Shown: piece by piece, positions 29,266 to 41,195 of the stretch | Position numbering within the stretch: the stretch's first letter is position 1 | Layout: every line of letters begins with the position of its first letter | From: Chrysomallon squamiferum | Taxonomy: Eukaryota; Animalia; Mollusca | Assembly: GCA_012295275.1 (NCBI GenBank) | Contig: CM022670.1 | Location: 40,858,001 to 40,922,000, forward strand | Length of the DNA stretch: 64,000 bases | Direction: 5' to 3' | Notes under the pieces: generated by a model | What the model was told of the DNA's origin: nothing | Database searches by the model: none | The model's input: the letters and a program-made list of their open reading frames with translations, nothing else | Translations under genes and position numbers: made by a program

Positions 29266-29473
29266 TTATTTCTCAGTCTTACTTCACTGTACTTGGTGAT
29301 GTATAAGAATTATTATCAAAATTAATGTGATTTTCACTTGTACATTTCCTAAAAACCCACCCCCCTAACAACTACAGTTAATTACTGAGTACTCAAGACG
29401 CCATTAATTTTATTTAAGTGCATCAGTTGATGACTTTTGTAGAAGCAGACGAGTTAGAGGAGTTGGAAATGTC
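29203..29473 (+). repeat. Inverted duplicate of the R3HDM4 intron 2/exon 3 junction (source ~25735-25987)
   Basis: Reverse-complement match, including the (CA)n, about 150 bp of intron and about 55 nt of exon 3 (reads HQLMTFVEADELEELEMS vs HHLMTLVEVDELEELEMS). Confidence 0.9.
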
Positions 29474-31688
29474 GAGTTCTTAGAATGTTTGAAGAAGATT
29501 GTTTAAAAATCTGACGTTATTACCAAGTTTTTGTCTGCATTTTATCTAAAATGGAATAAAAACGATGTTTTTTTTTTTCTAAAATGCAAATAGAAAACGC
29601 ATGTATTAAGATAAACAAAAGCAAAATATTATTTCTCTGACGCTCTTTATCAATCAGTATATCTGTCTGCAGACAAAATGATCTTTTATTATTATTACTA
29701 TTATTATTAGTAGTAGTAGTAGTAGTAGCAGCAGTAGTAGTAGTATTGCTATTGAGGATATAAGAAAAATTGTTATTACTATTATTATTATATCGAGGTA
29801 TGTTAAACATCTTATAGTCCAAACCAGTACAAGAAGTATCCTGTCGAATGTGTTTATTTTAGCCCAGGTCAAACCATGTCGGATTCAAAGCAGTAACTTA
29901 GTTTCAAGTTTCATAACGAGATTAATATGAAATTCTTCCTATCCTGGACCTAGAGTGTCTGCGGCAAAGTATTTTTAAAAACAAAATCACACAGTTTAAA
30001 AAACAACGCTGTCTATTTTAACAGACCAAAATTGCGAAAACAAAGCAGGTAAGATTAAACAATAGGAAAAGTGAAAAAGACGCAGCAGTATACTTATTCA
30101 GAAATAAGTAGCTCGCAGACAGAACAATGGGACGATTCAGTTTTGTTTTGGACTTTCTTCACCCGCTTTTGTCCAGAAGAAATAATAAATGTATTTATTG
30201 TACATTTAACATTTACTAGGGATACAGAACTTCTTCACTAGACGGGAAGGTGTGTCCTATTTTCATCATATTCATCTGTTTTCTCCATCACCTAATAACA
30301 ACGACATCATTATAGTCACTGATTGTCATTCGCAACATCACCGTGACAGTTACCGTTTTGTCAAAATCATCATAATACTAAGACAACTGTCATCAGAATA
30401 GTTCTATCCTGTTTCATCATCGTGGTCGTCATCATCATCATCATCATCATCACTGATAACAACGTACTCGGTATCACATCTTTTTACATTTTTTGGTTGT
30501 TTATTTGCTTCACACAGAATTCAAACTTTCGTGCAAGCAAAATTAGTTTGAACGTACATTTAAATCCTATTAATTAAATCGAATAATGATGGTGAAAATA
30601 TAATTACTGCTTAGTCGTAACTAAATATAATTAAATTTGATTTAAAAAATATGCCATTCCAAAAAAACTACAACATATGAGTACTAGTAGTATCAACAGT
30701 AACAATAACAATAATAACAACAACAAAAACAACAACAACAATAATAACATTTTAAAATATATTTCAAATTACGAAGTCTTTCATCGTTATGTACAAAATA
30801 AACTTTCGAAATATCTTAATTTGCTTCAAAAATCTGTATAATTTTATAAATATTGTTTCGTGCAAAGCAATAAATATTTAAATAAATAAATAGTAGCAGC
30901 AATAGTAGTTCTAACTAACTAACTAAATGAACAAATAAATAAATTCATTAATTATTAATAATGAACAAACAAACAACCGAATAAATAAACAAAGAAACAA
31001 ATAAACAAGAAAATAAATAAATATCACTAAAATACGTGACTTTAAAATGAGTAAGAAAAATGGGTGATCGTAAATCTGGATGTTCTCTTCTTTTTAAATC
31101 TTTTTTTATATATATATACAAAATTAATCGCGAAATTAAAGCCATGTATTATAATAAAAAATGTACGAGGTAAGAAAATCAGTTCTTTTAAACATTCTCT
31201 CTGGCTTTTTTACCATTTGTAGATCTACGTCAGATTTTTCGATAAATGAAAATGTGATATGTCAGCGATCTACATTATACATATAAATATTTTAACACTA
31301 TCCGTGTTTTCACGAGAAACATTAACATTTTGTGGTTTATCTTTTTAAAAACTAATTTCTTTGTTACCAGTTTTATGACCGTGTTCCAGAAACAATATGC
31401 ACAGTCAGTGGTTCTTGTTGTTATTCTATAAATTAAATCTGCAGTTATGCTGTTTAATTTATTGTCAAAATGTCTGTCTGTCTCATCACGAATAAGTTAT
31501 TTCTCATTATTCATTCATTCATTATTTTACTATTAGTTCGTTTATTAATTTTTATTTACTTACCTATGAATCATTTTAATTGTTCTGTTATTATTTTTTA
31601 TCATCATCATCATCATCACTATTATTATTAATATTATTATTATTATCATCATCATCATTATCATCATCATCATAATTATTATTATTAA

Positions 31689-31740
<52 letters not shown>

Positions 31741-32508
31741 CGTAGGAGATTTCTGTGTTGTTGTTAATATTGCCAGGCTATGGGATATAATTTACTGAAA
31801 TATAAATATTATATGAAATCTTTTCTAAGTGTATAATATCTCTTTTCGAAGATAAAAATGCATTGTCTTACAGTTTGATACGTATCCGAATACATCATAG
31901 TAAAAAAAGAAGCAATAAAACATTTTTTTAATATTTAATGGTATATCAGAATCGATTATCATAGTAGCTGAAGAGGTCAGAAAACACTTGAAACTATTGT
32001 ACTTATCACTAATATGTGTTGATGGTGTGAAAAATAGTGTCTCATAAATATCAGAACAAACGGTCGTGAAGAACTGGATCAAAAGAATAAATATTTTTGA
32101 AATGTTCTCGTTTAGATGGTTGAAAAATTCTACGGATGGATCATTTCTGTTAACTTTTAATTTTGATACTGTGGAAATAGACATTTGGAAAAATAATGGT
32201 GGCGTCAACGTTGACAAAGGTGTAGACGGAAATAAAGACAACCAGGAAATTTCGAAGTTACCAACATTTTCTTATTTTAGACAAAAAATTAAAAAACTCG
32301 AGATTGTTTACGTCTTGATCTAATGTACGAGTGAAGAATTAACAGTCTGAGGAAAATATAAATTAATTTTGGGTAAAAAGAAAAATCAACAATTAGAAAA
32401 TATTTAAATTGTCACCATTCTGTTACTTTAATCATTAAAAAAACCTGGAAAACTGAAAAACAAAATCCGAGAGGATAAATTTCGTGTGGTGATAATTTTC
32501 CAAAAATT

Positions 32509-32716
32509 ATGGTTTGGTTCAAAAATAAGACAGTCATACGACGAATCCTTTTTCTTGTTATCTGCTGCATGCACGTGCGTGCATACCCACAGGGCGCACC
32601 GGAAGAAGCGTGTTCCGACATGTTTTGTCATTTAGATCGACTTCCGCTTGTCTACTCGTTTGGGTACAGCATTGACGTGTCCAGTATGACGTACATCCCT
32701 GGATCTCAAATAACAG
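32509..32716 (+). CDS. Reeler protein exon 1 (signal peptide + Reeler N-part)
   Basis: MVWFKNKTVIRRILFLVICCMHVRA-YPQGAPEEACSDM...YIPGSQIT; donor G|GTGTTA. Confidence 0.85.
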
Positions 32717-35700
32717 GTGTTAAACATCAGCAGTGACAAATATAATAATATAGTTAAATGGATTTGGGTGTATTGGTTTATCAACAGATATGGAACCCTT
32801 AAATAACTAATAATTATTTTTCACTTTGAACACTTAAATATTCTGCCACGAGAAAAGAAAAACAAAAAGATGAAGAAAGAAAAAATACAAAATGTATTTG
32901 TTTGTTTATTTGTTTGTTTGTTTATTACCTGGTTTGTTTGTTTAAAATTTGTTTTTCTTTGTTTTTATTTGTTTTATTTCTTTGTTTGCATGTTAGAATT
33001 TTTATTTCAGTAATATCTGTTTATTTAATGCTTGTTACAGGAACTTTGACAGCACAAGGTAACATGTATTTTAAAGGATTCTTGCTTCGAGCAGTTAGAG
33101 CCGACGACATCCCCGACGACATGAAAAGTGACAGGAAGAGACGGAAACGACATGCTCAGTCTGCACATGCACAACGGAAGTCGAAAACTGGTCGCGAAAC
33201 TTTCGCTGAGCCGAAGACCGCAAATTACGATTACATCCGATCAAAGGAGAATCTGAACAAATATCTGACAACACGTACTGATTTCGATGATGATGATGAT
33301 GATGATAATGTGAATGATGACTATGTCAACGACGACCAAGAAGAATCAGAAGTTGAGAAAACTGTACACAGTCACATGAAGCTTAAAAAGATGACGCCAA
33401 AATATGAATCAGTGTCAGAGAAGCGATTTAAATTGTCTGGAAAGAGGATTTCTTTACTGAAGAAGGTGAAAACATCTGATGGAATATTTCATCCTCACGT
33501 GCAGAATGTGTCGTCTGCAAGGCTGGGAGGGGGAGGTAATATTTACCACGCCCAGGACTTGCACCGACGTAAACGAGAAACGAACGCGTCCTTAAAGTGT
33601 CTCAGACAGAAAAACATCGTCAAAGACAAATGGAACTTTGTTCCACTCGGATCTTTCGAACCCGTAAACTCGCTCACACAAACCGTGTGTAAGGTTAGTT
33701 TTCATTTACACATTCTTTCTTCAAATTATTCAGATTTCTTTCCTTTTTTCTTTTTTTTCTTTTTCCTTTTTTTCTTAACTTAGTCCCTATCTTCTTGCAT
33801 TTTATTTACCTAATTATTTATTTCATAGACATCTTGTTTCTGTCTTTTAATGAATATTGGACTCAAAAACCGTACTAAAAGTAGTAACAGTGATAGTAGT
33901 AATAGTGGTAGTGGTAGCTGTAGTACTAATAGTAGTAGAAATAATAATAGTAGTAGTAGTTGTAGTATTAGTAGCAATAATAGTAGTAGCAGTATTAATA
34001 ATTGCACTAGAGGTAGTAGTAGTAATAGTGGTATTAGTAGTAATAATACACGAAGTAGCAGTGGTAGTATAAGTAATAGTAGTCGCAGCAATAGAAGCAG
34101 CAGCAGTAGTCGCCGTTGTTGCAGTGGTAGCAGTTGATGCAGTGTAGTAGTAGAAGTAGTAGTAGAACTGGTAGTAGAAGTAGTAGTAGAACTGGTAGTA
34201 GAAGTAGTAGTAGCAGTAGTCGCCGTTGTTGCAGTGGTAGCAGTTGATGCAGTGTAGTAGTAGAAGTAGTAGTAGAACTGGTAGTAGAAGTAGTAGTAGA
34301 ACTGGTAGCAGCAGCAGTAGCAGCAGTAGTCGCCGTTGTTGCAGCGGTAGCAGTTGATGCAGTGTAGTAGTAGAAGTAGCAGTAGAACTGGTAGTACAAG
34401 TAGTAGTAGAACTGGTAGCAGCAGCAGTAGTAGCAGTAGTCGCTGTTGTTGTAGTGGTAGCAGTTGATGCAGTGTAGTAGTAGTAGTGTATGACAACGCA
34501 GACAAGGTTTGTTATCGTCACTTTGTGTTTGATTTGTTTCAGCACAGCGGAGTGGCTCGGGCTCTCACTCACACAGAGAAATCCAAGAAGAAGCAAATCA
34601 AGTTTGTGTGGACAGCGCCGTCAGATCTGAACGCTGACGTCGTGTTTGTGTCAGTGTCGTACTGTAATAATTATAAAATAAAACATGTAGGCACGCATTA
34701 CCCCAAACCCCAGCCATCCACATATACATACACATACACAAGATTGTAGGCGAAATCAGTATGTTTGAACCTACTACTCTCAAGAATTGAGAAATTAAGA
34801 AATACATTTATTTATTATTTTTATTTTTTATTTATTTATTTATTTTTTTTGATTGCTTAGGACTGCAGAATAAAAGAAATTATCAGTTATTGTCTTAAGA
34901 TATCAACTGTATTTATTTATTTATTTACTTACTTACTTACTAACAGATCCTCAGTGGTTCGTTCTTCACTTTTGTGGTGGAACAGCATTCAGTCAACAAC
35001 TATTAAGTTCAAACCTCCGACTACGCCAACGCCATTGATCACAACATCTACAATATCAACATTGCCAACAACAACACCGACAATACCGACGACATCTACT
35101 TCGGCAGCATCGACAACGTCCGCAAAATCATCGACAACATCCTCAACAACATCGACAATGTCCTCAACAACATCGACAACGTCAACAGGAATGTCGAAAA
35201 AGTCCACCTCAAAAACGACAACCTCAGCTGCATCGACAATGTCCACGACAACATTAGGGCTCACGGCAAGCAGAAAAACAAACGATAGAACGTTACTGTC
35301 TACTTCAACGTCCACGACAGCATTAGGACTCACGTTCACAAAATCGACATTAAAAACGAGCGGAAATATATTAACTGTAAGTGTAAGTATATCAACACCA
35401 TTAAAACCAATCCGAAGACCCACGAAATGATTTTACAACCATAGTAGTAAATATAGTAGTAGTAGTATTAAGAGTACCATTCCGCAGTAGAACCAGCAGT
35501 AGTAGTAGCAGTAGTAGTAGTAGTAGCAGTAGCAGTTGTAGTAGCAGTAGCAGTAGTAGTAGTATAGGAGCATCAGTTGTAGAAGCAGTAATCATAGTAG
35601 TTGTGGTAGTCTTGTCAGTGACAGTTTTAGTAGTGGAAGTAGCAGATACAGAATAGATGTATTTGTATCAGTGGTAACAGTAGATATAGTAGTAATAGTG

Positions 35701-36318
35701 GTAGTAGTAATAGTGGTAGCTGAAGTAGTAGCAATTGTAGTTGTAATTACAGTTTTAGTAGCAGTAGTAGTGGAGATGTCGGCAATATCAGTAGCAGTAG
35801 TAATGGTAGTAGTAGCATTTATTGTAGAAGAAGTAGCTGACGCAGCAGTAGCAGCCGATGTAATAGTAATAAAAGTATTAGAAGAAGTATTAGCAGTTGT
35901 AGTAATAGTATGTCTGTGATTTCTTTTCTGTATGGAATAGTGTTGTAAAAATATTTTTTTTTCAGACTAAGAGAAAAAAAAAACACCAACGTCAACATTA
36001 TACTCGACTACGACAGCAACGATCTCGCCGACGATCCAAAACATTAAAAGTACGTCAGAAACATCTGAAAAGGGGAGACAACCATCAAGAGCATCTTCTT
36101 GGAACAGGATTGCGTCCTCGACAGTTCAGATCAATGATTTTGTCAGCCTAATTCAAGGCAATGGATCCAGCGATAACGAAATTATAGGCGCGACATTTCC
36201 AACTTACGGTGACATAACTTTGCCTGACTGGCTGGACAACCTTTCTGTTAAGACTGAGTCTCAGTGCTGTTTGATCACCATCACTGTGTTTTTTGTAACA
36301 ATGGCTGTTCTGTTTTGA
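32509..36318 (+). CDS. Reeler-domain protein with signal peptide, Ser/Thr mucin-like stalk and hydrophobic C-terminus; join(32509..32716,33041..33693,34543..34649,34947..35376,35966..36318), with a one-base frame discrepancy in the last exon
   Basis: Reeler hallmarks: A|YPQGAPEEAC..M, Y.PG.QITGTL, FKGFLLRA, LGSF, C, ALTHTEKSKK..IKFVWTAP, VVFVSSVV...WW. Exons 1-4 splice in phase (1,0,2). Confidence 0.8.
33041..33693 (+). CDS. Reeler protein exon 2 (contains the large insert)
   Basis: TTACAG|GA acceptor; 653-nt open exon TLTAQGNMYFKGFLLRAV...LGSFEPVNSLTQTVCK; donor AAG|GTTAGT. Confidence 0.85.
34098..34490. repeat. 110-bp tandem repeat (about 3.6 copies) built from AGT/GCA triplets, in Reeler-gene intron 2
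   Basis: CG(C/T)..GTTGTT anchor recurs at 34111, 34221, 34331, 34441. Confidence 0.9.
34543..34649 (+). CDS. Reeler protein exon 3
   Basis: TTTCAG|CAC; HSGVARALTHTEKSKKKQIKFVWTAPSDLNADVVF; donor GT|GTCAGT. Confidence 0.85.
34947..35376 (+). CDS. Reeler protein exon 4 (Reeler end + Thr/Ser stalk)
   Basis: Acceptor TAACAG|A with TACTAAC immediately adjacent; SSVVRSSLLWWNSIQS then T/S-rich; tandem GTAAGT donors at 35377 and 35383; the unspliced frame stops at 35430. Confidence 0.8.
35966..36318 (+). CDS. Reeler protein putative last exon (Thr/Ser-rich, hydrophobic tail)
   Basis: Poly-T TTCAG acceptor; the frame from 35983 reads TPTSTLYSTTTATISPT...SQCCLITITVFFVTMAVLF*; joining needs one extra A in the A10 run at 35974-35983. 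Confidence 0.6.
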
Positions 36319-36762
36319 TTTATAAACTATTTATTTCTTTTACACCTACCTGTCTTTCTTACTGTTTATTTAGCTGGCTATATATATATACATATATATT
36401 GACTACCTTCCTGCCTGATGTTTATTTTAAACATAAATATGTGTTGTAAAAAGATAAAATTAACTTTTACATAGCAATCAAAATTATAGCTTCAAAATTA
36501 TTAATTAAACTTTTTGATAAATATTTTCAAAATGAAATAAATTTTGGATTTTGAATATCATTATTTGTTTTCGAGGTTAATTAACAATATGACGCGAGTG
36601 AATTATTTTTTTTTTTTTAACGTTTTCTTTAACTTTTAATTAATTAATTAATTTATTTATTTATTTATTTTTATTAATGTTCGCAAAACCCCCCAAAAAA
36701 CTACCGAGATGAAATCTTTTAATAAATAATCTATCATTTGTTCACACACACAAACACACACA

Positions 36763-36806
<44 letters not shown>

Positions 36807-37174
36807 CACACACATAACACATGCACAGATACGGACACATACATACATACAAACATACAGACATACATACATAAACAGACAGAGAGAGACACTCAGATTG
36901 TACTGTCGATATTTATAGCTACATGAGTCTGATTTCTACTCATATAAACTAAAAATAAGTGAACGAAGAACTGCGTGTCTAGACGACTATTAATAATTAA
37001 AGAAAAGCCTCGTTTGACTGGAAGACTGATCTAACAGTAGTGGGACGAACGGACGTTTTTTCAAGACAAATTTGTCTCCTGTGAGAATACAATTTAATGT
37101 CGTCTGAATCTGTGTTTTTCGTTCCATTTTCGAATTTAGATTGGTAACAAATGTACATTAAATAATTAATTAAC

Positions 37175-37205
<31 letters not shown>

Positions 37206-37319
37206 TGCCATTAATTTGTTGCTAAATCTAACAGTGTTTTTGGAAACAAATTATTATGAAGAAACAAATTCATCCCATTTTAAAATTCATTCCGTTTTAA
37301 AATAATTTTATGTGGTGTT

Positions 37320-37635
37320 GATTGAAACACATTCTACAATCTAAAATACTGTGTATGAGTTGTAATTCAAACCTACTTCACAATATGAGACACTGTGTAT
37401 GTGTTCTAATTCAAACCTACTTCACACTATAAAATACTGCACGTGTGGTGTATTTTAACACATTTCACAATAAGAAGAACCAGAAATAACCTTTTTAGAC
37501 ATTATCTTCATTCAAATTGAATAATGAGTCAAGAAGAAAAATAATTCTACAAGTATTTGATTGGTTCAAATCTATTTCACAACGGAAGCGTTAAACAAAA
37601 TATGCATTCTTCTGATTCAAATCTACTTCACAGTC
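37320..37635. repeat. Degenerate ~44-bp tandem repeat
   Basis: TTCAAACCTACTTCACA at 37366 and 37410, with diverged copies near 37322, 37565 and 37616. Confidence 0.7.
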
Positions 37636-38821
37636 TCAAATGCCTCATAAATCTATATGCTTCGTTTTGACTCACATTTATTAAATATCTCTGCCTTGAT
37701 TCAAACCAAACTGACTTCTAAAAACAGCACAGTAAAAGAAAAAAGAAAAAAGAAAAAAAAAAAAAAAATCTTCCATCACGAAATTAAAACACCACGTTGC
37801 ATATCCATTTCAGAATTGTCTTCACTGTAAAAAACGTTTAGGACGATTTAGTTTTTCTAGGAAAATAAATGTGTTTCAAACTATTGTTAATATTTTCGAA
37901 AAAAAAGAAGAAAAAAAAAGAAAAGAAATCTTCTGCTTTGTAGCTGAATCTAATCTCAAGAGTAAAAACCATTTCAAAAATAATTAGATGAAAATTGCTA
38001 AATGATGAGTGGTAAGAAATTTAATATCGTGAACGACATTTTGTAACATATTTCAGAGCTTCGTTCAGTTTTTTCATCCTTTTTTTTTTTTAATTATTAT
38101 TTAATTTATCCTTCTTTTTTCTCTCTTTTTCCCCTCTCTCATTTTCATTTTTTTTTTTTTTTTTCTATAATTCTTGCTTTCTTTGAATATTCACTTCTTC
38201 CAACCATTTAAAAAATTTCTTTCTTTTTTATTTTATAGAAATTAGAAGAATATAAAAACATGATTCCGACCTCTGACGATCTAAAATAAATAAATAAATA
38301 AATCAATAAATCAATAAATCAATAAATCAATCAATAAATTTTAAAAAAGGCTACTGTATAAAGAGTTATTAATATATTTTTTTATTTTTTTATTATTTTA
38401 TTTTGAATTGGTATCGATTAATACGAAACAGAAAAGAAAAACAAAATTTAAAATACTATTCAAAGAGTCAATACATTTTTTGTTTTTGTTTTTATTATTT
38501 TTTTTCTTAAATTTTATTCTCGATATTTTTGTTTATTTTTGGCAAACATATCAGTAACAACAAATGGTAAATTTTTGTTATTTCCGATAAACAGGTATAT
38601 ATGAACCAACAGTATTAGATTTTAAAACACAGCACTGACTATTTATATTTCTTAAAGTACTTCGATGTTATCCACATTAAGAGATTAAATTTTTTTTTTG
38701 ACAAAAACATCATAGTGATTGTTTTATTTGATTAGTGTAAAAAAATAAATAAATAAAAAAATTAAAAATTAAAAATAAAGATAAAAATAAAAATAAAAAT
38801 AAAAATAAAAATAAAAATAAA

Positions 38822-38888
<67 letters not shown>

Positions 38889-39013
38889 TTTGTATTCTTC
38901 TAGGATATTTGCAGGCACGAATCATTGTTAATAATAAAGTAGGAAAATAATGCAGCTCTTCTAATTCGTTTACCATCAGTGAGTTATCATTTACAAAACT
39001 GTTATATATATTT

Positions 39014-39094
<81 letters not shown>

Positions 39095-39137
39095 GTGTCT
39101 GTCTGTCTGTCTGTCTATCTACCTATCTATCTATCTA

Positions 39138-39174
<37 letters not shown>

Positions 39175-39225
39175 TTATTGTATTTTGTTTTATTTATTTA
39201 CTTCCTCATCTTTCTTTTTTTTTTT

Positions 39226-39257
<32 letters not shown>

Positions 39258-40348
39258 TATTTATTTATTTATATGTATTTCACAAGTTTACAATAAAAAA
39301 AAAAATAACATAACAGCCTACACAAAATCGCAATGATTTATTTTATTGTCATATACTTGGTAGATTAAGAGAATAAAGAAGAGATGAGATGGATTAATAC
39401 AGAATGTATTTGTTGTCACCACCGCTCAGTGACAAACTCTGCAGTTTACGACTGGACTCGCGACAAATGAGTACATTACAGAGGCAGACAGGAAGTGCGC
39501 GGCAGAACACTTCCGGTGCGCCATTGTGAAGAGGCAATAAAAATCAGTAGTGAATTGTTTTGTCGGCTGTGAATTGTTGTATCACCGCAGTTTATTTATT
39601 TATTTACGTATTTTTAATTTTATTTATTTATTTATTTATTTTTATTTTTTTTTTCGTTTTAAACTCGCTTTTTTATTTTAAATATAAATTCTTTCATCTG
39701 ATGTTTTCAGCATTTTCACCGAACGAAATAAGTTTTTTTTTTTTTTTTTTTAATGTTTAAAGTGACCAATCCTGGTGCAAGAAAAATATCTGTGACACAT
39801 TTTGACAGATTCTTTACAAAAAAAAACCCACCCCAGCTATTTTCATCTCCTGTAGAGAAACGCGAAGATTACAGAGCTTCCTGTTTTTATGACACAATAA
39901 CAATCATGAGATTTATTATGGCGAGCGAGTTCCTCGCCACTCATCCTTTCTAGTACATTTGTCTTAACAGTTACGTTGTCAGATATTACAGATATTGAGC
40001 TTCGCTTTTGTAATCCACGTGATTATTCCGGTATAATTGTGTCGGATTTAGAAGCGGAGACACCCCGAGGTTTGCGAAAATGCAGAGGACGTATCTGTCG
40101 ATATTAGCAGCATTTGGCTTTGTTAAAAAAAAAATGAAATTTCCTCCCTCGGGCTGCGTGATACAAATTTAGACACAGCACGGCTGTGGGGTAGGGGAAA
40201 CTGCGCAGACGCTGTTGGAAATGATTTAACAATCACGTGCAGCAGTTGGACGCAATCACCTGCTGTGACATCACTGGCGTGTTTTTATTTTATTTTTCTT
40301 TATTTTATTTTATTTTTCTTTATTTTATTTCACTTTATTTATATGACT

Positions 40349-40399
<51 letters not shown>

Positions 40400-40404
40400 T
40401 TCAT

Positions 40405-40455
<51 letters not shown>

Positions 40456-40554
40456 TTTTTGGACATTATTTTAATTATTAGTAACAGTAGTCGTAGCGTG
40501 TATATTTTGTAGTTGTTGTTGTTGTTGCAGTATTTATCATCATCATCATCATCA

Positions 40555-40587
<33 letters not shown>

Positions 40588-40848
40588 TTTATTATTATAT
40601 TTTATTATTATAAATTAATTAATTAATTAATTTATTCATTTATTTTACTGCATTTTATTTGATCTTATCTTCCTTCATTATTACTCATTTTTAAACAATT
40701 ATCCTAAGTAAAATACGAAGTTGAAATCCCTCTGGTCGTACAGTGAAGTCACAAGCTGAGTGGTGTATTCTCAGTTCAGGTATTTTTAATATTCGTGTTT
40801 AACTGCTTCGTCGTTTGTGTCGAGATATTTAATAATCTCAGATTTCAG

Positions 40849-41195
40849 TGTAACGCGCTGACAGCAGCGGATTGGTGCTCACTGGAACCGCTGAGTCTGA
40901 GTCGTGCTCGCTTAAATCCGTCATCATCATCTTTCCTGTGTGTTGAATCCAGTCTCAGCTCAACCTGTGCAGATTTTTTCTTATTACTATTTATGCAGTT
41001 TTCTTTCATAATTCTTGTCAACGTGAATCTAGAAGATCGTCGTCCTTGTTAAAGATTCGTGTGGATCTGTTACATCAAGAGTTGTCTTGAATAATCAAGA
41101 ATAATTATTAAACATTTCCTTTGTGTGTTGATACTTTCGTTAAATTCAGTATAACTGAAATAAAGATTCATTGTTTTACGCGTTTTTAAACTAAG
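40849..41195 (+). other. Candidate non-coding 5' exon of the GPCR
   Basis: Complex, CpG-containing block between TTTCAG (acceptor, or Inr-like TCAGT) and donor AAG|GTATGT at 41195/41196. Confidence 0.3.

Noticed and set aside
29419-29483. Duplicated exon fragment as a functional R3HDM4 paralogue
   Set aside because: Only about 18 codons are homologous before TAG, and no other exons were copied.
31825-32323. 85-aa (+) and 138-aa (-) ORFs upstream of the Reeler gene
   Set aside because: No recognisable domain and not in frame with ATG 32509; likely UTR or intergenic.
33810-34596. 231-249 aa minus-strand Thr/Leu-rich ORFs
   Set aside because: Products of triplet and 110-bp repeats in Reeler intron 2; composition switches frame with each 110-bp unit.
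34989-35423. 144-aa Val/Asp-rich minus-strand ORF
   Set aside because: Antisense shadow of the Thr/Ser-rich Reeler exon 4.
35671-35919. Val-rich ORF as a transmembrane exon of the Reeler gene
   Set aside because: Derived from a (GTA)n tract; no convincing acceptor.
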